This document shows positions 24,399 to 36,480 of a stretch of DNA of 64,000 nt, in pieces. The notes under the pieces were generated by a model. That model was not told where the DNA came from. It ran no database searches and saw only the letters and a program-made list of their open reading frames with translations. The stretch comes from Eledone cirrhosa (lineage: Eukaryota). A program made the position numbers and the translations under genes. Location: NCBI GenBank assembly GCA_964016885.1, contig OZ024740.1, positions 377,022,001 through 377,086,000 of the forward strand, given 5' to 3'. Position 1 is the stretch's first letter; every line of letters starts with the position of its first letter.

Positions 24399-24568
24399 AT
24401 TTCGCTTCTGAATTTGTTTAGCAAGATTCTTTATCTGAAAACGTGTGTTGAAACCGATATTGTTATACTTTGGAAGGGTCATGTTTTAATTTATAATAAA
24501 TTGGAGTGAAAGCGACTGGTGCGTGTGTTTCTTATTGGCAACAAGACCCTCCCAAAGTATAACAATAT
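24399..24568. repeat. Penelope terminal-repeat-related fragment with 27-bp inverted arms
   Basis: Arms 24457-24483 and 24542-24568 (2 mismatches). The reverse complement of 24400-24483 is similar to 58075-58156. Confidence 0.6.
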
Positions 24569-24577
24569 ATATATATA

Positions 24578-25182
24578 TTGCATAAATGAATTGAGAGAGA
24601 GACTGAGCATAAGAGGAATCAAATGTTGTGTGCAGGAGAGGCGGTTGCGTTGGTTTGGACATGTGATGCGTATGAAGGATGACAGCTGCATAAAAAGGTG
24701 CAGAGCACTAGAAGTCGATGGAAACCGCGGAGTGAGGAGACCCAAGATGACCTGGGATGAGATTATAAAAGCCGACCTTACCCAATTACACCTCTCAAAG
24801 GCGATGACACACGACCGTGACCTCTGGCGTGACGCAGTAATACAGAGTACCCGACCTCCCATGGGTACAAGCTGAAGCATATAGACAATATGCCCCCACA
24901 CCCCCCACTGCAAGGTGGTCGTGGAGGTGACACGGCAAAAAAGCACCCAGCCCACACTGTAAAGTGGACGTGTAGGTGCCACGAAAAAGCACCAAGCACT
25001 GACTGTAAATGAGGTTGGTGTTAGGAAGGGCATCCAGCTGTAGAAATCAAACCAAATCAGTTCCTGTATGAGCAAGGCATGGTCAGCCGACCAGACACTG
25101 CCCACAACAGGACAACCCGTCTAACCCATGCTAGCGTGGAAGAACAGACGTAAAACGGTGATGATGATGATGATGATGATGA
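24578..25182 (+). mobile_element. RTE-like LINE 3' fragment with 3' UTR and (GAT)n tail
   Basis: ERRLRWFGHVMRM..C..VDGNRGVRRPKMTWDE; ends acagacgtaaaacggt(gat)n. Confidence 0.8.
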
Positions 25183-27239
25183 TATATTTAAAAGCCTCGA
25201 AGTCAGTGTAGCAGCAGATGCACAAACTTTATTTGCATATAATTGTTTCGATATCGATCAGCTCAGGATACAATCAAGGTAACTGGGCCCGACTCTCTCT
25301 CTCTCTCGACATCATGTCAATGGATTTAACTTCTGATGAAGTTGAAGAATTCAAAGTATAAATAACTGGAAACGCTATCAACATGATAATAGTTAAGTTA
25401 GTGTTAACATAATTTGACTCCTCTAGGATATTTAAACCCTTCACATTGTTTCCGCTACCCACTGTTCAATGTTATACACATGTTGACTCTCCCCTCACTA
25501 CAATAACAATTGCATTGAAATCTATACGTCACTGATGCGGTAATACTCCCAGAGCTGTCTTGCAGTCCTTGATTTTCTTTTTCTTCGCCAGAAAATTAGT
25601 TCTAGTTAGATTTTTAATACTTTCTACATTTGATCTGTAACATTAAGTTAAATATACAGGTTATAGCGAAGGTAGTATCAGTAATAAATTGACAATTTAA
25701 TAGAATCAAAATGTCTTGGAAGCACATTTTCGAAATGTATTTTTCATAACCTCCATATTACAGAATATTTCATTATTTGTTTGCCATAGAAATTACTACT
25801 TGAACTAGATTTATTGTGATGATTGAGGACACTTTCTCTGATCTTTTGCATATCGAGGTTAATATATATTTGATTTCAATTACCTTTGATTTATCAATAT
25901 ATATTAAGGTTAATATTTAGTTTCCAATTTCCTACCAATTCGTTCATAGCTAGGACTCCAATCTGTCCAAAGTGCTTTCAAGCGAGAAATAGAATTATAT
26001 CTAAAATAACAATGCAATATGTCCGATACGTTATATACTATAAGTAAACATAATAGAAAGTGACATGCAGGCTTCCAACTCATTCAGCCATATTGTTGTA
26101 CTCAGATGCAATAGTAGTTTACCAAATTTTCATTTCAAACTACAAAATAACTAATGACACTGATTTGTATTATCCATTGCGTGCGTTTCTATTTAGACTT
26201 CTCATAAAAATTCATTTAATGGTTTCTCTAACCACAATTTCTCCTTTTCAATATTTACTTTTTTAATTATCCTCACAGCCAGAAATACTCAGTGGCAATA
26301 ACTATGCGATTTTTATTTTATTCTATTCTAATAATCATAAATATGTCAGTACTTTGAAATGTTTATCTTCATCGTGAACATTCTGTGCCGCAATCTCAGC
26401 TACGAGTTATTGCTAGCTAATAAATTTAGTTATCAAATCAGGAAACCGTTTCCGACATCTATAATATGAACCACATTTATGATAATTTATTTTCTTGTAT
26501 AAGAGAGCCGTATGGGATTTTCAAGGTTCCAAAACATTCATCTGGATATATTAGTTTAGATTACTGACGTTTTTTTTTATTATTGTATATCTTGCAATGT
26601 GATGAAAGATGCGCCACATTATCTATGGGAACTTGTGGATGTAATACTTTTTATTTTATTTTATCGGTTATGTCTCAATGAATGAGCTGTGCCCATGAAC
26701 TGCAGAGACACCTAGTGACCGGTGTCCAATAGTCGCAAGTTAATGACTGCATGAGATGGGAAGGAAGTCTATATGAATAGCATTCTAGAGACGAATGAAA
26801 AACAATGTTTAATGTTTATTGCGGGTCCTAGGAGAATACAATATGGATGAAGGAAGGACTTTCAAATGAGTCGACATGTGGACGTGACAGAAGCCCAGTC
26901 AGCTCTGGGGACCATAAGCTAGTGTAGTATCGATAGGAAAAAATCAGGAGACAGCACGTCTGTGAGACAAAGTTTGAAGTGCGTTTGGAAGTAATTTCAT
27001 ACCAACCAGTCGCATGGCGTGTTTTGAAATAAGTGTAACAGCACAACTATCAGATCATATAAAAGCAACATTTCATTGTGGGTTTTACTGTGTTTTGTGG
27101 AATATTAGTAGTCGTTGAAGATTGAAGCTAGTTCTGGCCCTGAAGTCTTTGTGATGCAGTCACTGCTATTTTGAGAATGTGCAATAGCTAGAAGAGATCC
27201 TGTCATAGCAGTGTTGTAATCTATCTGCATTATTTCCTC

Positions 27240-27429
27240 GGGGGTGGATTGGCAGTATCGGTAGAGGGTCGGACGCCATGCTTCCCAGCATAGTTACGTC
27301 CCTTTGCGGTCTGAGTTCAAATCCTGCCGAGGTTAACTTTGCCTTTCATCCTTACGGGGTCGATAAAATAAAGTACCAGTAATGTACTGGGTAATTGATG
27401 GCCTTGTGCCAAAAGTAGAAACAATTATT
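27240..27429 (+). mobile_element. SINE family S1, full length
   Basis: Same A box, B box, core and tail as 20937. Confidence 0.9.
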
Positions 27430-27787
27430 TCCTCGGATGCGGAAGCACTGTCTTTCGCAACAACTCTCGTCTATAACGCCTCAAAGGATATGTCACTTTG
27501 CTTTGATATGTCACTTTGTTTTGTTATTTTATCAATGTTGTCGTAGCTGGTCGTACTGTTTATACTGTTATTATACTTGTGATTATAGTAGAAATCATTA
27601 TTTTATGTTCAACACTTCTGTATTTCTGTTTTCTCTTGTGCAAATGTAAGCTACATGTCTTTCATTTTAATTAAGTCTATGTTCATTTTTGAAAATAATT
27701 TGGCAATGAGGTACGGGTCTGTTCAGATTACTGCTACCAAGATGGCATGACAATCGAAACTTTCAGCTATTTTTGAGTTACTTTAAG

Positions 27788-28248
27788 ATAACAAATAATA
27801 ATTGTTTCTACTTTTGGCACAAGGCCAGCAATTACCCAGTGCATTACTGGTACTTTAGTTTATCGATCCCGTAAGAATGAAAGGTAAAGTTAACCTCGAC
27901 GGGATTTGAACTCAGAATGCAAGGGGACGTAACTATGCTAGAACGCATGGTGTCCGACCGATACTACTAATTCACCTACGCCATTGGGATAACAAATAAT
28001 TGTTTCTACTTTTGGAACAAGGCCAGCAATTAACCAGTGCATTACTGGTACTTTATTTTATCGACCCCGTAAAGATGAAAGGCAAAGTTAACCTCGGCGG
28101 GATTTGAACTCAGATCATACAGGGAGGTAACTCTATGCTTCAAAGCATGGCATCCGACCCTCTACCGATACTACCAATCCACCGCCTTGGGATAACAAAT
28201 AATTGTTTCTACTTTTTGGCACAAGGCAAGGGGATAACAAATAATAAT
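27788..28248 (-). mobile_element. Head-to-tail stack of S1 SINEs (two full copies plus one tail fragment)
   Basis: Copies at ~27801-27983, ~27998-28186 and ~28201-28227, each bounded by gataacaaataat. Confidence 0.85.
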
Positions 28249-29028
28249 ACCAATAAGACTACCATGCAAACATATATACAGGATTAAAAATATGCATAAA
28301 AACTTATTTAATTCATCTCCACCAATCATTTAATGTTCTTCATAGGCCAATGCTACTTGCTACTGATGTGAAAACCCTCGTATCCAATTGTTTAGACACA
28401 ATATAGTCGGGCGTTTAAAATGTCTATTTTGGACTAATTTCATTTGACCGAAACATTTTAGTGAAATTGAGTAGACGGAATCTGGCTGGAAACCCGCCAG
28501 GTGGACTATATATGTTACTCAAAGATCAGCTTTATCCAACACTGTCTCGTTAAATTTCCTGAGAAATTTGTTAAAATCCTTCGAGTCTGTGGAATACTCA
28601 GTCATGTTTACGTTGGTAGACAAAACTTAAACACTCACCGTCGAAACGAACGGAGATCTATTTCATTCATCCTTATTTTGGCAGACATAAATATTGTTTT
28701 ATTTCTGATTCATGCTCAGGATAAATAGCATCTTTCTTGGTATACATTTCCAGCATTCAGTAAAGTAATTGCTGGCCTTGTGCCTAAAGTAGAAACAATT
28801 ATATATCAACTCACGCACATTCAATGTTTCTAGTGAAGCTGAAAGATGAACACAAACTACGTAGGATCAAAATTTTTACACGATCAATATTGTGTGTGCA
28901 GCTGTTATTATAGCTAACTAGATTTTTTTTTTTTTAAATTATGTTCACTTAAAAATAATTTTCAAATAATTAAAATATACACAGATATGTATTTGATGTA
29001 AAATGAAATTGGAAGGCCCATATATATA

Positions 29029-29085
29029 TGTATATGTGTGTGTGTGTGTGTGTGTGTGCGTGTGTAATTTCCTTCAACAACACCA

Positions 29086-29160
<75 letters not shown>

Positions 29161-29231
29161 GTCTCTTTCTTTCTCTCTCTTTCTCTCTCTCTTCCATTTT
29201 CCTTCTCTGTCTCCTCATCTCTCTCTCTCCT

Positions 29232-29292
<61 letters not shown>
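29029..29292. repeat. (TG)n and long (TC)n microsatellites
   Basis: Direct reading. Confidence 0.95.
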
Positions 29293-29298
<6 letters not shown>

Positions 29299-29974
29299 TT
29301 ATGAAGGTACCCGGAAAAAACCCGTGCCTCGGAAATCCATCATGTGTCATCTTGTGACAAAAGAAAACTGTTTATTTCGTTTATTTTGTTGTAGTTGATG
29401 TTTTTCAGTGATTTCTTTATCTGCATTTTGTTGTTATGGAAGTTACTTCATACAAAATCTCCGAAAAATACTGGAAACACAGACCTTTTTTGTTTATTTT
29501 CGTAAGAAAAAACCCCACACTTGGGAAATATCCATTTTTGTGTTAATCCAAGTGAAGAAAGAATTTTCGCAAACTTTAAAATGTAAAATAATCTAAACTT
29601 TTCCTAGCTGACAGCAATCACAAAAACGGTGCCTTGACAACTTTTTACTAGTAGTAGTAGTAATTGTAATATCTATATTAGTCACCGTAGAAATATGGTA
29701 AATAGCATAAATATAGGTGTTACAATGCATATGGTCCTGGACAGTTATATAAACACGAGGGTAGGTATAATAGACCGATTAATTTGATAAAAATTGAAAT
29801 AAGTATAAAATTATTATAAACCAAATGGTAATTAACACAAGATGTGCTGTAAGAAATAAAATATTCAAGGTTACCCACACACGCACAGGTAGGAACCCAG
29901 TAGTTAAGTTGAGTCAGAACACCCTACATTCCTACTCAACTACCATACATTATATATTATGAACTGGAAATTAT

Positions 29975-32200
29975 CAAAATAGTCCTTTTCAGCAGCTCCA
30001 CCGCTCCTTGGTTCACATAACTAGGGACGCTCCAGTTATGTTGTCAGTTGCAATAGACATCTGCCAAGTGGGCTCCGAACATCTCTGCTATATAAGCCTA
30101 AAGTACGTAAAGCAAACCATAAACACCTGATGATTTTCCCGTCGTGCAACCAGCCATCGCCTCTCGTATTTTAGTAGATGTTATTGGCTTTTCACAAAAC
30201 TCCCCGTTGGCGAGGTTTGCGGCAGGTCCTCATGGTGGGCAGAGACGTCCATCCTGCGATATTATAAATCATTCGTTCAGAAGTGTTGAACAAAGTACTG
30301 CTGCAAAGCTGCATATATCTACTTCAAATCGATTAGTATGGTTTGCCAATGACTGAATTGTGAGTTTGCTACAACGCTGTGCTTGTCATTCAAGCCCATG
30401 GAATGGCTCTCGTTCTTTCTTGTCTTAGAGTGTATGCTTTAACTACGAGAACACAGTCTTTTCTTTTCGTTCTATTCCTTCTTTTAGGGATACATTTCCA
30501 CTATTCCAGGTAGTCTCCCTAGCCACATGACATTGTCGAGTGAACCAAAAGGGAGAGGGTCATGTCCTGGGGTGTTGTGTCGCGTTTAGGTTTTTTTTAA
30601 TGATATTGTTTCTTTTGCTCGTGTTGGAGCTGTTTATTTCGGTATCGCTGGTATTGATGCTACTGATAATGATGCAGCTGTTATTGCATTTTGGGCCTCA
30701 TTGGCTGTTGTGACAGCAGTCTTTGTGCTACATCTGCTGATGTGGATGCCCTCTGTTAGAGATATGGCCTTTGTATCTGCGGAATTGGCAAAGGTATGCT
30801 ATCAAGAGCCTCCCCTTGATTAGCTGTGGGGTGAAAGAGTTTAAGAGAGTAACAGCACCACATCTATAGCACATTCGTCTTCTGTAATCTACTGTCACTG
30901 AGAGAAGGTTGCCGCCCGGAAAGTCGATCTTGGTTGGTTTGTATAATTAGTTCCATTCGGGGTTTAGCAAAGTCATGTGAACGAGGAACAAATTACCATT
31001 CGATATTTGGTTACAGCCTTTTACGTTCAGAAATCGAATCCCACCGAAGTCAACTTTGCCTTTCATCTTTATAGGCTCGATAAAATAAATTATCCTCAAG
31101 TACTGGTGTTGTTTAATCGATCTTTTTCTGCCCCAAAATTGATGGCCTTGTACATTAATTAGAAACAAGCGTAGTGAATTGGCAGTATCGGTTGATCATC
31201 GCACTAAATATTTTGCGGTATTTAGTCACGCCATTCTAAGCTCAAATCCCGTTGATGTCAACTTTACTTTTCATCTTCCCGTGGTCGCTAAAAACAAAGT
31301 ATCATCCAATTCCTCCGCTCCCACAAAAAAATTACTGGCTTTGTACCAATGTTAGAAAGAATTATTAATTACATCCGATCTCTGACCCGTCCTCTACCCT
31401 TATTTTGAATAACTTTAGAGTTGTTGTTTCCACCTCCATATCAGTTAAGCCCGTCGGTGCAAATCAGCAACGGTTGGTTATTTTCAGCAGCATTTAGATG
31501 ACTCACAGTATCGCTAGGGGCTTACGCGATAAGAGGGACTAAGATTAATGTTTCATTCATCAGAGCTGATATTGACTACCTCTACATATGTCTCAAATCT
31601 TCCACCGTGCCATATTTTTTACCTCGGGTGTGGTAGGTTTTGTGATCTCTCACACACTAGAGATTTTCAATTTAAACCTTACTTGTCCTTACTACCCGAC
31701 GCTATTTTGCGCTGGTACATCGGTAAATAAGCGTGCATTGTTGTGTGTTTCCTACCACATCAGATGGAATACTTAAACTTACCTTCCGTCCCCCTTTGCT
31801 TCACAATTATAGCCTATCCTTGTTCAATTCTTCCTCCTCTAAACTAATATTTTCAGGTTTTCTTGCAGCACTTGCACAAGAATTGCCTTATGCAGTTGTA
31901 TGTTGCTGTAGTTGCTGGCACTATTCTCAGTTCTATCTTAAAACCTTAGTAGTGCAGGGAGAGAAAATGATGGTCGAGATGGTATTTTTTTTTTGGGGGG
32001 GGGGGGGGGTAATATACATTCTAGCGGTTGTGGTGGGAGTGTTTAGGCCGTCATTGTTGTTGTCACTTTTACCTGTTGTGATGTTGTTCGCGGTGGTCTT
32101 GATAGCAGATTTAAGAGCATAAAAACTGGCTACCTGCGATTTATCGTCGTCGTCGTTGATTTTGTCGCTGCTTAATACCATGGTGATAATTGCAGTTAGG
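29975..32200 (-). mobile_element. Old, heavily decayed Tx1-family LINE (ORF1 and part of ORF2), interrupted by SINEs
   Basis: Minus strand reads RGKKYGTVE (~31600-31627; copy B has RGQKYGTVD), LSVTVDYRRRMCYRW (knuckle region, ~30860-30905) and CEKPITSTKIREAMAGCTTGKS..MFGAHLADVYCN (~30045-30195), matching Tx1 ORF2. Confidence 0.7.
30965..31368 (+). mobile_element. Two tandem older S1-type SINEs
   Basis: Two ctttgcctttcatc-type cores, with tails ggccttgtacattaattagaaac and ggctttgtaccaatgttagaaagaattatt. Confidence 0.7.
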
Positions 32201-32485
32201 GAGTGGGTGTGAAAATATGATGACGTTGTGGATTAATTAAGGAGATGCAGACATGTTCCACCCTGAACAGTTCTACCCGCAACAACAACCGAAATTATTT
32301 TTCAGAAATTCTGCCCCAAATTGTTCCAAATAAGGAGGTTTCCTTCGCAGTACAATGTCGGAAATCTTATTAGCAATATAAGACAAACTGCATGAATATG
32401 TATGATTTAAAAAATGGAAACAAGAAACTTATGGGAGGCAAAATGATAGATGTCAGAAACAAGCACGGGGCAAATATAATAATAT

Positions 32486-32701
32486 TGATTTCTGATTTAG
32501 GCACAAGGCCAACAATTTGGGGGTGAGGGAAAGTCGATTAAATTAACATCTGTACATTACTGGTATTTTATTTTATCAAACCCGTAAGGATGATAGGTAA
32601 AGCTAACTTCGGCTGATTTGAACTCAGAACGTAAAAGGACGTAACTATATACCGCAAAGTATGTTGTCCGACGTTTTACCGATACTGCCAATCCACTGCC
32701 C
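32486..32701 (-). mobile_element. S1-type SINE, full length, abutting (AAT)n
   Basis: Reverse complement: ggcagtggattggcagtatcgg..gagttcaaatc..ggccttgtgcctaaatcagaaatcaatattattat. Confidence 0.85.
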
Positions 32702-32745
<44 letters not shown>

Positions 32746-33021
32746 TAACAATAATAATGATTTCTTTATTAACCACAAGGGTTTACATAAAGTAGACATT
32801 AAGGACAGTGCAGGACAATGCAGGACGGTACAAATGGGCATTTCTGCGTGTAAAAAAAACAAAAACAGAGGATGTAACAAAAATAACAATGAAAATAACA
32901 ATGAAAAATTCCCCAATAGGGGGGATACTTCGGAGGGACATTTGTGGAGAAAGCCCAGTAAAAAGCCACAATGACCCTGACCACCAAGGCAAGTGCCCTC
33001 TCCCAGTTTTCCACCTTTAGT

Positions 33022-36000
33022 TTACAGATATATACTCAGAGTCGGCCCATTCACTCGGGCCATTCTTGCTTCTCTCACCCATCTTTCAACAAAATGCTGG
33101 GAAGAGAGCACTTCCTTCTCTACTCTGATTTTCCTTTTCAAATGAAATTTGAAAAAGTCAATCAGAGCATCACCGAAGAGGTAAGTGCTCGTCTTCAGCC
33201 CTTTCAAACGTGTCCACCATATTATCTCTTTCGCCATGGCCACCAGACAGATAAAAACTGCCTGCCCTTCCCGGCTAAAGGAGGAGGGCGGGGCAATCCT
33301 CACGATAGACTCAGATGATAGCTGGATCCGTCCTAAACGCGACAGCAGGTGTTCGACATAAACCCACAAGTCAGCAATTTTCGGACACTGGACGAGTGCG
33401 TGCAGGACGGTTTCGTCGCCCTGCGCGCATCTCGGACATGCCCGGCTGACGGCACCTCCATGCCTGTAGAGTTTATCCCGAACTGGCAAGGCTCCTCGGT
33501 AGCACTGCCAGGCCAGACATTTCTGGAAGTTGTCCATAGGCCCCGGCCCGAAAGTTCTTCCGAAGAGATTGGCTAGTTGATTTTCGTCGACGCCTAGAGT
33601 TTCCCCAAGTACGTCGTCGCTCTTCCCCTCCACTAATCCTCTATAGAACGCCGAGGTGGAGTTTCCACCGATCACATTGCCCGATTGGTCGAGGGCTGTG
33701 AGCGCCTGAAGACATTCCAGTCTCCAGGCGCTCCCTCTCGGTCTTCGCTTGACCCAGGACTGCAGCTCCGTCAAGGAAACGAGCTGGGGAAAAACGCGTC
33801 TAGCAAACGGCGACCACACCTGATCACCGTCGAGGAAGAGGTGGAGATGTCGTAGCCTGAGCGCGTGCCTGCGCATCATCAGCCACGGCATGCCCAGCCC
33901 TCCACGTAGCGGGTGTTGACAACAGATGGACCGCCTGACCATCGGAGCACGTCCCTTCCACAAAAAGCGAAAGAGCAAACGCTCCAGCGCAGTCAGGCGA
34001 GGCTTAGGACAAGGTACGACGGTTAGGCGGTAGCAGATGACAGACGCGATGTACGCGTTAGCCACCTCCGCTCGACCTTTCAAGGATAGCTTCCTCTCCG
34101 CCCATTTCTGGGTGAGAGAAGCCACCCTGCTCGTCACCTCGTCCCAGTTTTTGTCCGTCTGGAGGTCCGGACCGAACCAGACCCCTAGCAATTTAACCGG
34201 TCCGTCCGTCCAGCGCCCGACGACGCTGTTGGACGGCATGGACCTGCCTCTCCAGGTGCCGAGCTGCAGGCCCACTGACTTTTCCTGGTTGATCATTGCT
34301 CCTGTCACCGCTTCGTATTCTCTTAGTGTAGTGCCGATCGCCTCGATGTGTTTGGCGTTCGACACCACTACGGTGACATCGTCCGCATATGCTGACACGG
34401 ATCTTCCGCATCCTAGTTCGCGCGGGACTCCCCTCAACGTCTCCAGTTTGTGCAGTAATGGCTCGAGCGTCAATACGTACAAGAGGGACGAGAGGGGACA
34501 TCCTTGGCGGACCGAGCGCATGATGTTGAACGGTTCCGACAGGTGACCGTCCACTCTCACCACAGAGCAGATGTCACTGTGCATGGCAGCGATCCAGCCT
34601 CTGAAGACGGGCCCAAAGCCAGCCGCCCTCAGGACTGCCGCTAGGTAACGATGGTCGACCCTATCGAAAGCTTTCGACTGATCTAAATTGATCAAGGACC
34701 CACCCGTGCCAGGTTCCCTAGCTACCCTCTCTACGATGTATCGCATGAGGTGGAGGTTGTCGTGGATGGATCTGTCGGGAATGGCGCATGTCTGCGCCTC
34801 TCCCACCAGACCACCAACGACAAGCGCCAACCTCTTTGCTAGCACCTTGGCCAAAATCTTAAACTCTGTGTTTAGCAGAGTTATGGGCCGGAAATTGTCT
34901 ATGTTATCCCCCTTGTTCGGATCCTTTCTCAGCAGTGCCACCGCTCCTCGGCTCACAGAACTGGGAATTCTCCCGTTCTGTTGCCAGTTGCAGTAGACGT
35001 CCGCCAAGAGGCCTCCGAACAAGTCTGGCATCTGTACGTAAAGTTCATAGGGCAGACCATCCAAACCAGGCGATTTACCCCTTGTGCAGCCAGTCATTGC
35101 CTCCCTTACTTCAGCGGCTGTTATCGGCTTTTCGCAACACTTCGCCTCAGTGGCCGAGAGCCGCGGCAGTCCGTCGAGGTAGACACTAAAGTCCATCCCT
35201 CTACCCGGCCCACCGCTGCCCCCGAACAGCTGAGCGAAGTGTCGCTGAAAAGCTTCACACATTTGCCCGGGATCGAGTAGCATGCGCCCGTCGTGGTCCA
35301 CCAAAGACCGGTTCGTGTCTTTGTTGCCACGACGCGCCTCCGCCACTCGGGCCCATTGAACGGCTTTCGTCCCCTCGTGTCTGAGAGCACGCACCCTTGC
35401 TCTGACAACGCAGCCTTCGTGCTTTGCATTGAAGAATTGGTCAAGGGCCAATTTCGCCGCAAGCACGTCGGTCGCAATGCCTTTGCTAAGCGCCTCGTCT
35501 AATTTTCTAACTAATTCTCCCTCTGCTCTATTTTTCTCTATTGCTAAAGTCTTACTAAACCTAATGGACTCTATTCTAATTGCTCTTTTCAGAGCAAACC
35601 ACCACTTGTTGTTGACGATGGCCCCCGTCAACGCCCGCTTAACTAGTTCGCTAATCCGGTCTCTGTAGGCCTTGCGCGCTGGTAAGGACGCGTTTAGCTT
35701 CCAGTAGCCGGGTCCTCGTCTATGAAGCCTATCTAAGTCAAGCACACAGGTCACGAATTTGTGGTCCGTGTAGCTGACTATCTTGAATTGTGGACAGCCT
35801 ATGCTAGACCTATCTATTTCCCTACAAAATACTCTATCTAGATATGATCTGGATGACCCTATGCGGTTTGTCCAAGTCCACATTGGCACATTCGGGAAAT
35901 CCAATCGGTACCTGTCAGACAGTTCAAAAGGCCTGAGCAGGTTGGTGAGGCTCTTGCACCCTCCACCCCTATCCGCTAATCCCACACAGTCCCAGCGTGC

Positions 36001-36441
36001 ATCTAAGATCCCGTTCCAGTCGCCCACTAACACTAAAGAGCGGGACGTTCCAAGAAAGGTCTCCAGACGCCGGAAGAAATCAGGCCACCCTGCTCCTGTC
36101 GGGGCATAGACGGCCACTAGCCTGAAAGCTTGCCCGTCTCCGCTGGTCACGTCCAGCACCACCAGCTTACCCCCTGGGTCCAGGAAGATGGCCCGTATGG
36201 CGAGATCCAAACCTCTCCGAAAAAGCACAGCAACTCCTCCACCGGATCCAGGACGGCTGGGAGATGCGTACACATCGTAGCCGCCGAAGATCGGTGCGAA
36301 GGCCCGTGCTTCGGAGATTCTGGTCTCGCTGATGGCCACTACATCTATGTTTAGTGACCTGAGGTCGTTGAGCAGGTTTCCCTGCTTCCACGACGACCCC
36401 AAGTCACGCGTATTTATGCTGCCTATTCTGAGTGAGGTCAT
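33022..36441 (-). CDS. Tx1 ORF2p: APE endonuclease - reverse transcriptase - C-terminal CPRC..ET..H..C zinc motif (1139 aa, uninterrupted)
   Basis: SETR, GDWN, YLDR, YTDH, GPGYWKLN, KSPGLDG, LDQSKAFDRV, RQGCPLS, AYADD, CPRCAQGDETVLHALVQC. Confidence 0.93.
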   Translation of the reverse strand: MTSLRIGSINTRDLGSSWKQGNLLNDLRSLNIDVVAISETRISEARAFAPIFGGYDVYASPSRPGSGGGVAVLFRRGLDLAIRAIFLDPGGKLVVLDVTSGDGQAFRLVAVYAPTGAGWPDFFRRLETFLGTSRSLVLVGDWNGILDARWDCVGLADRGGGCKSLTNLLRPFELSDRYRLDFPNVPMWTWTNRIGSSRSYLDRVFCREIDRSSIGCPQFKIVSYTDHKFVTCVLDLDRLHRRGPGYWKLNASLPARKAYRDRISELVKRALTGAIVNNKWWFALKRAIRIESIRFSKTLAIEKNRAEGELVRKLDEALSKGIATDVLAAKLALDQFFNAKHEGCVVRARVRALRHEGTKAVQWARVAEARRGNKDTNRSLVDHDGRMLLDPGQMCEAFQRHFAQLFGGSGGPGRGMDFSVYLDGLPRLSATEAKCCEKPITAAEVREAMTGCTRGKSPGLDGLPYELYVQMPDLFGGLLADVYCNWQQNGRIPSSVSRGAVALLRKDPNKGDNIDNFRPITLLNTEFKILAKVLAKRLALVVGGLVGEAQTCAIPDRSIHDNLHLMRYIVERVAREPGTGGSLINLDQSKAFDRVDHRYLAAVLRAAGFGPVFRGWIAAMHSDICSVVRVDGHLSEPFNIMRSVRQGCPLSSLLYVLTLEPLLHKLETLRGVPRELGCGRSVSAYADDVTVVVSNAKHIEAIGTTLREYEAVTGAMINQEKSVGLQLGTWRGRSMPSNSVVGRWTDGPVKLLGVWFGPDLQTDKNWDEVTSRVASLTQKWAERKLSLKGRAEVANAYIASVICYRLTVVPCPKPRLTALERLLFRFLWKGRAPMVRRSICCQHPLRGGLGMPWLMMRRHALRLRHLHLFLDGDQVWSPFARRVFPQLVSLTELQSWVKRRPRGSAWRLECLQALTALDQSGNVIGGNSTSAFYRGLVEGKSDDVLGETLGVDENQLANLFGRTFGPGPMDNFQKCLAWQCYRGALPVRDKLYRHGGAVSRACPRCAQGDETVLHALVQCPKIADLWVYVEHLLSRLGRIQLSSESIVRIAPPSSFSREGQAVFICLVAMAKEIIWWTRLKGLKTSTYLFGDALIDFFKFHLKRKIRVEKEVLSSQHFVERWVREARMARVNGPTLSIYL

Positions 36442-36480
36442 GTTGAAATGGAGTGGAAAAGATGGGAAAGACCACTTACC

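Noticed and set aside
27240-27330. tRNA gene
   Set aside because: The A and B boxes belong to a SINE head with over-long spacing and no cloverleaf.
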